From assembly GCA_045578865.1 (NCBI GenBank), contig JAZNLB010000008.1, positions 37,234 to 101,233 of the forward strand: 64,000 bases of DNA. The letters run 5' to 3'. The DNA is from Clostridia bacterium. Its GTDB lineage: Bacteria; Bacillota; Clostridia; UBA1381; UMGS1253. Positions 6,777 through 16,574 of the stretch are shown piece after piece; the stretch's first letter is position 1; each line of letters starts with the position of its first letter. The notes below the pieces were generated by a model. It made no database searches and was not told the origin of the DNA. It was given only the letters and a program-made list of their open reading frames with translations. The position numbers were made by a program, and so were the translations under genes.

Positions 6777-9461
6777 ATGGCACAAAAACTAATGATAATT
6801 GATGGTAACAGTATAGCAAACCGTGCGTTTTACGGCATCAGAATGCTCACAAACAAGGATGGTCTGCCTACAAATGCTGTCTATGGTTTTATAAATATTC
6901 TCCTCAAAAATTTAGAAGATATTTCTCCGGATTATGTAACAGTTGCTTTTGATTTGAGCGCACCGACATTTCGCCATAAGATGTTTGACGGTTATAAAGC
7001 GCAGCGTAAAGGTATGCCCGACGAATTGCGTTTGCAAATGCCGCTCATTAAAGAAGTTATATCTGCCATGCAGATTCCGATTTTGGAATTGGAAGGATAT
7101 GAGGCAGACGATATCATCGGTACTATCGCGCTAAAGTGTGAGCAAAGGGGGATAGAGTGCTGTATTATTACGGGCGACAAAGATGACTTACAGCTCGCAA
7201 GTAAAACGACGAAAATTTATCTGACTACAACCTCCATGGGCAAGACAACTACGGATATATATGATGATGTTGCGGTCGAAAACAGATACGGCGTAACTCC
7301 GACGGAATTTATCGATGTAAAAGCGTTAATGGGGGATAGCTCCGACAACATTCCTGGTGTAATGGGTATTGGCGAAAAGACAGCGATGTCGTTGATTCAA
7401 AATGCAAAGTCTATCGAGGCGCTCTATGATGACCTTGCTTCTTTTGGCGTAAAAGGCGCAACGCTCACGAAACTTGAAAACGGAAAAGACAATGCTTTTT
7501 TAAGCAAAAAACTTGCTACAATCGACCGCTTCGTTCCTATGGATGACAAATTTGATTCAATGGGGAATTTTAACTGTAAAGCAAAAGAACTTTACAGTGT
7601 TTTAGTGAAACTCGATTTAAAATCAATAATAAAAAAGCTGGAACTTTCAGATGGGGTATCAGATGAAAATTCTGCATCATTAGAGTATACTTTGCCCAAA
7701 GTAAATTTTGAGCTTATAGAAGATGAGTTGCGATTAATTGAAATTCTGAAGAATACGACATTTAACGAATTCACATATATATCCTATATTCAAAATAACG
7801 CATTACAGGGCATCGGCTTTCAAATAAATAACACTGTATATCTTGCGATATGCAGTCTGCTTTTAAGCGAAAAAAGCCTTGCAGACGCATTAAAACCGAT
7901 TTTTGAAGATGCGTGTATATATAAGATTACACATAATGCCAAAAACGATATGGTATTTTTGTCCGAGCTCGGTTGCGGATATAATAATTTAGTGTTTGAT
8001 GCTGAAATTGCTGCATATATTTTAGAGCCATCTATCAGCAATTATGAAATTGCTGAACTTGCAGGAAACTTTTTAGCTTTAAGATTGAAGGATAGAGAAA
8101 CCGTATTCGGCAAAGGCAAGAAAGCAGTTGGCTTATTAGACCTTGAAACCAATGTACTTCAAGAATTTGTTTGCGGCGAACTTGGTGCTCTGACAATTTT
8201 AAGGAAAGTTTTGACGGATAAACTGGTAGAAAATGAACAACTCAGTCTCTTTAATGATATCGAACTGCCACTGATTTATGTTTTAGCGGATATGCAAATT
8301 AACGGATTTGCTGTGGATAAAGATAAATTAAATGAATTTAACGAAATGCTTGGGTTGCGTATTGATGCACTTACGCAGGAGATTTATGCCGATGCCGAAT
8401 GTGAATTTAATATCAACTCTACCAAGCAGCTCGGTGAAATTTTGTTCGACAAGTTAGGACTCAAAGCGGTTAAGAAAACCAAAACAGGTTATTCGACAGA
8501 TGCAAGTGTGCTTGAAAAGTTGCAAGGCAAACATCCGATTATCGAAAAAATCATCGAATATCGTTTAATCAGCAAAATCAAATCGACATATGGCGACGGA
8601 TTATTAAATGTAATTCATCCAAAGACCGGCAGAATACATTCCAGTTTTAATCAAACCGTTACCGTAACCGGAAGAATCAGTTCCACGGAGCCAAATATGC
8701 AAAACATTCCTGTCCGACATCCTCTGGGACGCGAAATCAGAAAGATGTTTGTTGCACAAGGCGAAGATATGTATTTAGTTGATGCAGATTATTCGCAGAT
8801 AGAATTGCGTGTACTGGCGCACATTGCCCGAGATGCAAATATGATTGATGCGTTCAAAAACAATGCAGATATCCACGCAAAAACGGCTTCTGAGGTGTTA
8901 AATATACCGATTAAGAGCGTTACACCGGAACAAAGAAGTGCAGCGAAGGCTGTCAATTTTGGCATCGTATACGGCATAGGACAGTTTAGCCTTTCGCAAG
9001 ACTTAAATATCTCCGTTTCCGAGGCAAAATCCTATATTGACGGCTACCTTGCATACTATAACGGAATTGCATCGTACATGGAGGACATTAAAAAGACAGC
9101 AGCCGAACGGGGATATGTAACGACATTGTTCGGCCGCCGCAGATATATACCCGAGCTAAAATCTTCAAACTTTAATCTTCGCGCTTTCGGTGAGCGCGTG
9201 GCACTCAATACACCCATTCAAGGTACGGCGGCTGATATTATTAAACTGGCTATGGTGCGTGTTTATACTCGCCTTAAAGCGGAAAAATTGCGTGCGAAAC
9301 TCATTTTACAGGTGCACGATGAATTGATTATAGAGTGCCCAAAGGAAGAATTAGAGCGTGTTTGTGAACTGCTAAAATATGAAATGGAAAATGTTATTCA
9401 GTTAGATGCCAAACTTGAAGCAGATGAAAAATTCGGTAAAAGTTGGTATGAAACAAAATAG
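6777..9461 (+). CDS. polA: DNA polymerase I
   Basis: The 5'-nuclease N-terminus is LMIIDGNSIANRAFYG. Polymerase motifs are A (DYSQIELRVLAH), B (RSAAKAVNFGIVYG) and C (QVHDELI). Confidence 0.97.
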   Translation: MAQKLMIIDGNSIANRAFYGIRMLTNKDGLPTNAVYGFINILLKNLEDISPDYVTVAFDLSAPTFRHKMFDGYKAQRKGMPDELRLQMPLIKEVISAMQIPILELEGYEADDIIGTIALKCEQRGIECCIITGDKDDLQLASKTTKIYLTTTSMGKTTTDIYDDVAVENRYGVTPTEFIDVKALMGDSSDNIPGVMGIGEKTAMSLIQNAKSIEALYDDLASFGVKGATLTKLENGKDNAFLSKKLATIDRFVPMDDKFDSMGNFNCKAKELYSVLVKLDLKSIIKKLELSDGVSDENSASLEYTLPKVNFELIEDELRLIEILKNTTFNEFTYISYIQNNALQGIGFQINNTVYLAICSLLLSEKSLADALKPIFEDACIYKITHNAKNDMVFLSELGCGYNNLVFDAEIAAYILEPSISNYEIAELAGNFLALRLKDRETVFGKGKKAVGLLDLETNVLQEFVCGELGALTILRKVLTDKLVENEQLSLFNDIELPLIYVLADMQINGFAVDKDKLNEFNEMLGLRIDALTQEIYADAECEFNINSTKQLGEILFDKLGLKAVKKTKTGYSTDASVLEKLQGKHPIIEKIIEYRLISKIKSTYGDGLLNVIHPKTGRIHSSFNQTVTVTGRISSTEPNMQNIPVRHPLGREIRKMFVAQGEDMYLVDADYSQIELRVLAHIARDANMIDAFKNNADIHAKTASEVLNIPIKSVTPEQRSAAKAVNFGIVYGIGQFSLSQDLNISVSEAKSYIDGYLAYYNGIASYMEDIKKTAAERGYVTTLFGRRRYIPELKSSNFNLRAFGERVALNTPIQGTAADIIKLAMVRVYTRLKAEKLRAKLILQVHDELIIECPKEELERVCELLKYEMENVIQLDAKLEADEKFGKSWYETK

Positions 9462-9474
9462 GGGAGTTAAGTTT

Positions 9475-10068
9475 ATGTTGGTCATAGGTATTACCGGCGG
9501 TAGCGGTAGCGGAAAATCCTATATATGCAATGCATTGAGAAAGAACGGATATCACATCATTGATGCGGACCAAATTGCTCGCGAAATTGTTATGCCGGGC
9601 AGACCTGCTTTGCAAGAGATTTTGTCCGCATTTGGGAATGATATACTTTTTGATGATGGTTCGTTAAATCGAAAAGCACTGGGTAAAATAGTGTTTTCAA
9701 ATGCAGATAAATTGCAGACTTTAAACGAAATTACGCATAAATATATTATTAAACAGATAAAAAACGATGTGCAAACATGTAACAGTCAATGTTGTGTAAT
9801 AGATGCTCCGTTGTTATATGCGTGCGGCTTAGACGCATTGTGTGATGTGGTAATCGGCATTACTGCCTCGCGTGATATTCGTGCACAGCGAATTGTTTTA
9901 CGGGACAATATATCGCAGTCAGATGCACTTGAGCGTATTTGTGCACAATCAGATATCGACGACAGTTTAAATTGTGCAGATTTAATTATAGATACCTCAC
10001 ACAATCCTTCAGCTGCCGATTTGCTCGTGCGTATTTGTAATTTTATCGAAGGAGTGTCCAATGAATAA
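9475..10068 (+). CDS. coaE: Dephospho-CoA kinase
   Basis: MLVIGITGGSGSGKS is the P-loop at the N-terminus. ATG 9475 follows AGGGGAG. The track start at 9406 overlaps the polA 3' end. Confidence 0.9.
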   Translation: MLVIGITGGSGSGKSYICNALRKNGYHIIDADQIAREIVMPGRPALQEILSAFGNDILFDDGSLNRKALGKIVFSNADKLQTLNEITHKYIIKQIKNDVQTCNSQCCVIDAPLLYACGLDALCDVVIGITASRDIRAQRIVLRDNISQSDALERICAQSDIDDSLNCADLIIDTSHNPSAADLLVRICNFIEGVSNE

Positions 10069-10648
10069 GATAAAGCGATGTATATTCGCTATACTTTTGA
10101 TTTTTCTCGTTATAACGATTGGTTTTTGTCTTGTAAAAACCGTTTTTAATATGCTTTTTCCGCTACCGCATACTAAAATCATTCTAAATGAATGTGAAAG
10201 AAATGAAATCGACCCTTATGTTGTGTATGCTGTCATTAAGGCGGAAAGCAATTTCGTTTCTGATGCTCAATCCAACAAAAGTGCCTATGGTTTAATGCAA
10301 ATTACAAAACCGACAGCAGAATGGATTGCCAACCAAAACGAATACGAATCGTTTGATATGAAAGAACTGACCGAACCGCAAATGAATATTCAAATGGGTT
10401 GTTGGTACTTAAAATTTTTATTAAATTTATACAATGGTGATTTAACTTTGGCTTTATGTGCATACAACGCAGGTCAGGGCAATGTAAACAAGTGGCTGTC
10501 TGATACAAAATATTCAAGCGACGGTACGCAATTAATGTTAATACCATTTGAAGAAACACGCAAATATGTAAAACGCATCGAACAATATGAGCGCATATAC
10601 AGAAAGTTGTATCCTGATCTGAACAAAAAGAACGCGATCCTGAGGTGA
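10061..10648 (+). CDS. Lytic transglycosylase (SLT domain) with N-terminal membrane anchor
   Basis: Catalytic region AVIKAESNF, plus GLMQI and CAYNAGQGNV. There is an N-terminal hydrophobic helix. Confidence 0.85.
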   Translation: MNKIKRCIFAILLIFLVITIGFCLVKTVFNMLFPLPHTKIILNECERNEIDPYVVYAVIKAESNFVSDAQSNKSAYGLMQITKPTAEWIANQNEYESFDMKELTEPQMNIQMGCWYLKFLLNLYNGDLTLALCAYNAGQGNVNKWLSDTKYSSDGTQLMLIPFEETRKYVKRIEQYERIYRKLYPDLNKKNAILR

Positions 10649-10696
10649 GCGGGGGGGGAAGGAGTCGCGTTCTGAAACAAATATTTGTTTTTTACT

Positions 10697-11002
10697 TTAA
10701 ATCACCGGAACCAACAATTCTTGACCGATGACCAAATCGCTCGACTTTAAATCGTTTAACTTCTTAATTTCGTATACGGCATTTCTGATATCGGAACTAC
10801 CATGATGCTCTTCGGCAATGCTCCATAAAGTATCACCGGAGCAAACTGTAATGCATTGTGTTTTTTCGACAGCATCTGCCTGCGTGTTCTTCGGCATATA
10901 AAGATAAATAAATAAAATATTTACACACACTGTCATTAATACTAAAAAGGTGAAAAAGCGGTGTCTGTTCGTAATTACTGTTCTTTTTTTCGTATTTGTC
11001 AT
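10697..11002 (-). CDS. yneA: YneA-like SOS-inducible cell-division inhibitor (single TM plus LysM domain)
   Basis: 101 aa from ATG 11002, with GGAGGT 8 nt upstream. It has a TM segment (FFTFLVLMTVCVNILFIYLY) and a C-terminal LysM (ITVCSGDTLWSIAEEHHG...GQELLVPV). Three LexA boxes lie in its promoter. The size and architecture match B. subtilis YneA. Confidence 0.75.
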   Translation of the reverse strand: MTNTKKRTVITNRHRFFTFLVLMTVCVNILFIYLYMPKNTQADAVEKTQCITVCSGDTLWSIAEEHHGSSDIRNAVYEIKKLNDLKSSDLVIGQELLVPVI

Positions 11003-11019
11003 AATAAAAAACCTCCGTT

Positions 11020-11092
11020 CGAACATCTGTTCTGATACTAGTATAACAGAACACGCGTTCGGTGTCAAGAGGTTTTTTCGAAATTTTGTTCG
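11020..11092 (-). promoter_or_regulatory. Three LexA operators (Cheo/SOS boxes, CGAAC-N4-GTTCG)
   Basis: The boxes are CGAACATCTGTTCT (11020-11033), AGAACACGCGTTCG (11048-11061) and CGAAATTTTGTTCG (11079-11092). They lie downstream of, within and upstream of the promoter respectively. Confidence 0.8.
11040..11068 (-). promoter_or_regulatory. Sigma-A promoter of the yneA-like gene
   Basis: On the minus strand, TTGACA (11063-11068), a 17-nt spacer containing a LexA box, then TATACT (11040-11045). Confidence 0.75.
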
Positions 11093-11132
11093 ATTTTTGT
11101 ATTTTATATCAAAAAACTTAGAAAACAGGGGA

Positions 11133-11549
11133 TTAGTGTGCATTTGAATCCATATACGCCTGCAATATTAAAGCAGCCGCAACCGTATCAATGACTTCTT
11201 TTCGTTTTTTTCCGCGCGTATTGGTTGTGTTTAATGTTTGAATTGCACATACCGTAGATAAGCGCTCATCAAAAAACACAATTTCACCCGGATAAATTTC
11301 TTTTAATCTGTCGGCAAAGTCGTAGGTTTTTTGTGCGCGATCACCAAGGGTACCATTCATATTTTTGGGCAGACCGACAACAATTTTGGAAGGGTTATAT
11401 TGTGATAATAATTCCGCTAGTCGTTCAAACAAGACTTTTCTGCTGGTATTTTTTATGGTTTCCACGCCTTGCGCTGTCACGCCGAGCAAGTCTGATACCG
11501 CAACTCCTACGCGAGCATCACCATAATCTATACACATAATTCTATTCAT
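11133..11549 (-). CDS. ruvX: Holliday junction resolvase-like / pre-16S rRNA nuclease YqgF
   Basis: MCIDYGDARVGVAVSD at the N-terminus, 138 aa. Confidence 0.9.
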   Translation of the reverse strand: MNRIMCIDYGDARVGVAVSDLLGVTAQGVETIKNTSRKVLFERLAELLSQYNPSKIVVGLPKNMNGTLGDRAQKTYDFADRLKEIYPGEIVFFDERLSTVCAIQTLNTTNTRGKKRKEVIDTVAAALILQAYMDSNAH

Positions 11550-11643
11550 AATATAAGCCTCCGTAATTTTTAAATCAGTATATCATATTACATTTATGAT
11601 TGTCAAATTGCAATTTAGTTTACATAATAATTATTATGTATTC

Positions 11644-12417
11644 ATGTCTCGAATAAAGGAGCGTGCTGGGGGATTGAATTACATCAAAAAACCAAATCTG
11701 CCACAAAAAAGTGTAAAGAAACTAATTATATCTTCAGATTGTTCGCCGGATATTGTTCGCGAATTAAAAAGGTGCGGCATAGATATAATTTTTACCCGGG
11801 AAAATGCGTATATAGAACCTAAAATTACAAAGCATGCTGATATAAGCATCTTGCACATAGAAGAAAATCGATTTTTATGCGCTCCAAACCTTATAAACTA
11901 CTACGAAAACCATTTAATAACATCTGAAATTACAGGCACGACCAATCTGTTGATGTCACCTTATCCGAACGATGCGGCGCTAAATATTGCATTTGTAGGT
12001 GATTATGCTATTTTTAACCCTAAAACAATATGCGAACAAGCGTTCTGTTTAATTGAACAAACCACAAAACGCCAAATTCATGTAAATCAGGGGTATACAA
12101 AGTGCAATGTAGTTCCGGTTAGCAGTGATGCCATCATCACAGAAGATGTTGGCATATTTCAAAAGGTAAAAAAACACATGGATGTTTTACTTGTAAAATG
12201 CGGAGCAGTTAAATTAGACGGATATGCTTACGGTTTTATCGGCGGCGCTTGTGGAAAGATTGCTAAAGATATGCTGGCATTTACGGGAAGCTTAAAATAT
12301 TTTCAAGAGTATGAAGATATTTTTGCATTTTGCCGAAATCACAATGTTTCGGTCCTTGAATTATCCAACTATAGACCATTTGACCTCGGAAGCATCCTTC
12401 CGGTAGCAGAGGAATAA
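11644..12417 (+). CDS. Conserved hypothetical protein (possibly pentein/amidinotransferase-like fold)
   Basis: Long clean ORF with no competing frame. The start is uncertain (ATG 11644, or TTG about 30 nt later after AAGGAG). A GFIGGACG motif follows NV/ITED strands. No firm family assignment. Confidence 0.55.
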   Translation: MSRIKERAGGLNYIKKPNLPQKSVKKLIISSDCSPDIVRELKRCGIDIIFTRENAYIEPKITKHADISILHIEENRFLCAPNLINYYENHLITSEITGTTNLLMSPYPNDAALNIAFVGDYAIFNPKTICEQAFCLIEQTTKRQIHVNQGYTKCNVVPVSSDAIITEDVGIFQKVKKHMDVLLVKCGAVKLDGYAYGFIGGACGKIAKDMLAFTGSLKYFQEYEDIFAFCRNHNVSVLELSNYRPFDLGSILPVAEE

Positions 12418-12828
12418 ATGAACGGCAAAACTGCAGCTTTTTCCTGCAAACAAAACATACCTAAGGTCGTTTTAAAAAAACTGATGCGCTACAAACGAGT
12501 CATATAATTTATATAAAATAAAAAAAATCAGCATCAAAAGAGCATCTCTAAAATTTTGTTATTAAAAACGCAGAGTATAAATAATATAAGATTAACTACA
12601 TTAAAAGCTAAGCATGCACAAAACAATGCTGCAACAATCATAAAAGTTTTATGTGTATAATTTTGCGATTATTTATAAAACAGAGCAGTGTATATGAATT
12701 TCGTTTGAGAATATAAATTGTATGCGATTTTCTCTAATATACATTATATTGTAAAAATTTAAGCCTTTAATTCTCATAAAGAGCAATTTATAATACTTAG
12801 ATTTGTTAATAAAAATCCCCTACTATAC

Positions 12829-12867
12829 TAAAAAACACACCAAAAAACCGATTGTCTTTGGTGTGTT
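12829..12867 (-). terminator. Intrinsic terminator of the lon-engB-hisS-aspS transcription unit
   Basis: A 10-bp stem ACACACCAAA/TTTGGTGTGT, with a T run on the minus strand. Confidence 0.75.
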
Positions 12868-12875
12868 TTATTTTA

Positions 12876-14660
12876 TCATTTAGTTGTATTTGTTTTTATA
12901 AACAATTCATCAAGTTGTTTTTCATCGACTTCTGCCGGCGCATTCGTCATTAACTCGGATGCGTTTTGTACTTTCGGAAATGCAATTACTTCACGAATGG
13001 ACTCTGCCCCGGTTAACAACATTACAAAACGGTCCAGTCCGTATGCCATGCCGCCGTGTGGCGGTGTGCCATACTTAAATGCTTCAAGTAGATAACCAAA
13101 TCTCGCCCATGCCTCTTCTTTGGTAAAGCCAAGCGCCTCAAACATCTTCTGCTGCAATTCTGTGTTAAAGATACGAATACTGCCGCCACCGAGTTCGCAA
13201 CCATTTAAAATGATATCGTATGCTTTTGCGCGAACCTCCTGCGGTTTTGTATCAAGCAAGTCTATATCTTCATCCATCGGCGCAGTAAACGGATGGTGCT
13301 TTGCTACATATCTATCCTCTTCCTCACTGTACTCGAAGAGCGGAAACTCAGTTACCCACAAAAGATTGAACTGGTCTTTGCTTGTTAAGTTCAAGCGTTT
13401 TGCAATTTCGCAGCGAAGAGCGCCGAGTGCATCAAACACAACATTGTCCTGGTCGGCAACAAACAATACGCAGTCGCCCGCAACGGCCCCTACCCTGTCA
13501 CAAATCGCTTTTAATTCAGTTTCATCAAAGAATTTTGCTATCGGCGAGCGGTATGTGCCATCCGCTTCGCAAACCATCCATGCAAGACCTTTTGCTCTGT
13601 ATGTTTTTACAAATTCACCAAGTGCATCAAAATCCTTGCGGCTAAATGCAGTAGCGCCGCCGTCTACTTTGATGGCACGCACGCTTCCGCCGTTGTCTAC
13701 AGCACCTTTAAACACGCCAAAACCACAGTCTTTTACCAAATCACTGATATTGTTGAGTTCAAGACCAAAGCGTGTATCCGGCTTATCGGAACCGAAGCGC
13801 TCCATTGCCTCTTTATAGGTCATGCGCTTAAACGGAACCGGCACATCAATGCCCAAAGTCTCTTTAAATACGCGCGCAATCATACGCTCGTTTACGGAGA
13901 TGACATCATCAATTTCTACAAATGACATTTCAAGGTCAATTTGTGTAAATTCCGGCTGACGGTCAGCGCGCAGGTCTTCGTCACGGAAGCACTTAACAAT
14001 CTGAAAATACCGGTCCATACCAGATACCATCAAAAGTTGTTTGTACTGCTGAGGAGACTGCGGCAGTGCATAAAAACTGCCCGGATGTACACGACTGGGC
14101 ACGAGATAATCTCTTGCGCCTTCCGGTGTACTTCTTGTAAGCATCGGCGTTTCAATCTCAATAAAGCCATTCTCATCATAGAAATCGCGCGCAATTTTGG
14201 TTAATTTATGGCGCAGAATTAAGTTTTGCTGCATCGGCGCACGGCGCAAATCCAAGTATCTGTACTTTAAACGCAGTTCATCTTTAACATCTGTCTCCGT
14301 CTTGATTTCAAACGGTGTAGTTTCAGCTTTGTTTAAAATACGAAGTTCACTAACCTTGATTTCAATCATACCGGTCGAAATCTTGGGGTTCGGCGAACTG
14401 CGCTTTACCACTTCGCCCATAACGGCCAAAACATATTCTGTGCGGATGGTTGCTGCCTTTTCAAAAATTTGTGCATCAATATCCGTGTCAAACGAAAGTT
14501 GAACGATACCGCTGCGGTCACGCAAATCAATAAAGATTAAAGAGCCAAGATTACGATAAACATCTGCCCAGCCCATAACCGTAACAGTTTCGCCAATGTT
14601 ACTTTCGGATAAATTTCCGCAATAATGCGTGCGTTTCATACCCTGCAATGTATCCATCAC
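12876..14660 (-). CDS. aspS: Aspartate--tRNA ligase
   Basis: Class II motifs FYALPQSPQ, FTQIDLEMSF and GGGSIR. 594 aa. Confidence 0.97.
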   Translation of the reverse strand: MMDTLQGMKRTHYCGNLSESNIGETVTVMGWADVYRNLGSLIFIDLRDRSGIVQLSFDTDIDAQIFEKAATIRTEYVLAVMGEVVKRSSPNPKISTGMIEIKVSELRILNKAETTPFEIKTETDVKDELRLKYRYLDLRRAPMQQNLILRHKLTKIARDFYDENGFIEIETPMLTRSTPEGARDYLVPSRVHPGSFYALPQSPQQYKQLLMVSGMDRYFQIVKCFRDEDLRADRQPEFTQIDLEMSFVEIDDVISVNERMIARVFKETLGIDVPVPFKRMTYKEAMERFGSDKPDTRFGLELNNISDLVKDCGFGVFKGAVDNGGSVRAIKVDGGATAFSRKDFDALGEFVKTYRAKGLAWMVCEADGTYRSPIAKFFDETELKAICDRVGAVAGDCVLFVADQDNVVFDALGALRCEIAKRLNLTSKDQFNLLWVTEFPLFEYSEEEDRYVAKHHPFTAPMDEDIDLLDTKPQEVRAKAYDIILNGCELGGGSIRIFNTELQQKMFEALGFTKEEAWARFGYLLEAFKYGTPPHGGMAYGLDRFVMLLTGAESIREVIAFPKVQNASELMTNAPAEVDEKQLDELFIKTNTTK

Positions 14661-15928
14661 ATATCACCTCTGTTAATTTCTTTAATTTTTTCCGGTATCG
14701 CATTTAGGGCAACCGAAGCCTTCTCCCCCGTCTGCATGTTCTTTAATTCCGCTATGCCGGATTTAACCTCATCATCGCCAAGAACAATCGTGTACTTTGC
14801 GCCGATTTTGTCTGCATATTTCATCTGCGCCTTAAGGCTTCTGCCGATTCTGTCCTTCTCAGCATAAATGCCCGCACCGCGTAATACATATACGAGTTTT
14901 TCGGCCTCAATATCAGCGTTTTCGCCTAAACTTGAAATATAAATGTCAGGTTGAGTTTCGATTTCAAGCGCAACACCTTTGGATTCTAAAGTTAAAATCA
15001 GTCGCTCAATACCCATGGCAAAGCCGATACCCGGCGTTTGAGGTCCCCCAAGCTCCTGTACAAGACCATCATAACGACCACCGCCGCAAACGGTGCTCTG
15101 TGCACCGATATCCTCAGCTACAAATTCAAATACCGTTTTTGTGTAATAATCCAATCCGCGAACAATATCCGGATTAATTTTATATTCAATGTTAAGCGCA
15201 TCCAATCTCGTTTTAACACCTTCAAAATGTGTAGAACACTCATCACATATATGATCAATCAACTTCGGTGCATCTTTTGCCAGTTCGCCGCAAATCGGGG
15301 ATTTACAATCCAGGATGCGAAGCGGATTTCTCTCCAAGCGACTCTTGCATGTATCGCAAAGTGTATCATAATGTGCTTTGAAATAAGCAATCAATTTCTC
15401 ATTATACGCTTTACGGCAAGTTGGGCATCCGATAGAATTTAAATTCAAAACAACAGACTTTAGCCCGATTTCAGATAACAACATGTGTACGAGGGAAATA
15501 ATCTCGGCGTCAATCGTCGGATTTTGAGAGCCAAAAACTTCAACGCCGAATTGATGGAACTCTCTAAGTCTGCCCGCCTGCGGTTTTTCGTATCTGAAAC
15601 ACGGAATAATATAAAATTGCTTTACCGGAAGCGGATTTGCATACATATTACGCTCAATATATGCTCTGGCAACAGATGCCGTACCTTCAGGGCGCAAAGT
15701 AATGCTTCTGTCCCCTTTATCAGTAAATGTATACATCTGTTTTTCAACAACATCCGTCGTATCGCCAACACCACGCAAAAAAAGCTCCGTGTGTTCAAAT
15801 GTCGGTGTCATAATCTCGGTATATCCAAAGCGCGCGCAAACCGAACGCATCTTTGATTCCAAATATTGCCAAAGATTGCTCTTTGGATAAAATATGTCAT
15901 TTGTGCCTCTTGGTGCCTTCGTTAACAT
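14657..15928 (-). CDS. hisS: Histidine--tRNA ligase
   Basis: TLRPEGTA, RGLDYYT and CGGGRYD motifs. It overlaps the aspS start by 4 nt. Confidence 0.97.
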   Translation of the reverse strand: MLTKAPRGTNDIFYPKSNLWQYLESKMRSVCARFGYTEIMTPTFEHTELFLRGVGDTTDVVEKQMYTFTDKGDRSITLRPEGTASVARAYIERNMYANPLPVKQFYIIPCFRYEKPQAGRLREFHQFGVEVFGSQNPTIDAEIISLVHMLLSEIGLKSVVLNLNSIGCPTCRKAYNEKLIAYFKAHYDTLCDTCKSRLERNPLRILDCKSPICGELAKDAPKLIDHICDECSTHFEGVKTRLDALNIEYKINPDIVRGLDYYTKTVFEFVAEDIGAQSTVCGGGRYDGLVQELGGPQTPGIGFAMGIERLILTLESKGVALEIETQPDIYISSLGENADIEAEKLVYVLRGAGIYAEKDRIGRSLKAQMKYADKIGAKYTIVLGDDEVKSGIAELKNMQTGEKASVALNAIPEKIKEINRGDM

Positions 15929-15973
15929 GTAAAAACCTCCATTAGTTTACATAATATTTATTCTGTAAACAAC

Positions 15974-16561
15974 TTAATTCTCAAGTAATAAATTTATAAT
16001 GTCCCAAACCGTAAATTTTCCCTCATCGTTTTTGATGGAGAACGGGACGAGCACATCATCTTCTGATAGTTGCAATTCAGCATAAATCATTTCAAGATTT
16101 TCTTCGATTGCTTTTTTAGACAACTTATCGGTTTTTGTGGCAATGACTACAACACTTTCTTGATAGTGTCGAATCCAGTCGAGCATCATTTTATCATCTG
16201 CCGTTGGCTTGTGACGGCTGTCTACAAGCAAAAACACCTGATGCAGCGGCTCTCTGTTATTTAGATAGGATTCAATCATCGTCCCCCATTTTTTAATCTC
16301 TTCTTTGGAACGCGTAGCATACCCATAGCCTGGCAAATCTACTAAAAATATTTTTTCATCAATATCGTAAAAGTTTATCGTTGCCGTTTTGCCCGGTGTT
16401 GAACTTACGCGCGCAAGTGACTTTCTGTTCAAAAGTTTATTGATTAAAGAAGATTTGCCTACATTGGACCGTCCTGCAAATGCGAACTCAGGTACGCCGC
16501 TTTGCGGATACTGCTTTGGATGCACTGCCGAAACGGTTATTTTTGCATTATGCAAATTCAT
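15974..16561 (-). CDS. engB: Ribosome biogenesis GTPase YsxC/EngB
   Basis: G1 is GRSNVGKSSLIN, G3 is DLPGYG and G4 is TKTDK. ATG 16561 follows GAGGAGGAAG. The track start at 16597 overlaps lon. Confidence 0.92.
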   Translation of the reverse strand: MNLHNAKITVSAVHPKQYPQSGVPEFAFAGRSNVGKSSLINKLLNRKSLARVSSTPGKTATINFYDIDEKIFLVDLPGYGYATRSKEEIKKWGTMIESYLNNREPLHQVFLLVDSRHKPTADDKMMLDWIRHYQESVVVIATKTDKLSKKAIEENLEMIYAELQLSEDDVLVPFSIKNDEGKFTVWDIINLLLEN

Positions 16562-16574
16562 ATTTTCTTCCTCC

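Noticed and set aside
10651-10658. G8 homopolymer tract (possible phase-variation switch)
   Set aside because: It lies in the loop of the hairpin between the convergent slt and yneA-like genes, downstream of both stops. It is in neither a coding region nor a promoter spacer, so slippage would have no obvious output.
13120-13818. 232-aa ORF on the plus strand
   Set aside because: It is antisense to aspS and Ser-rich low-complexity. The aspS frame carries the class II synthetase motifs.
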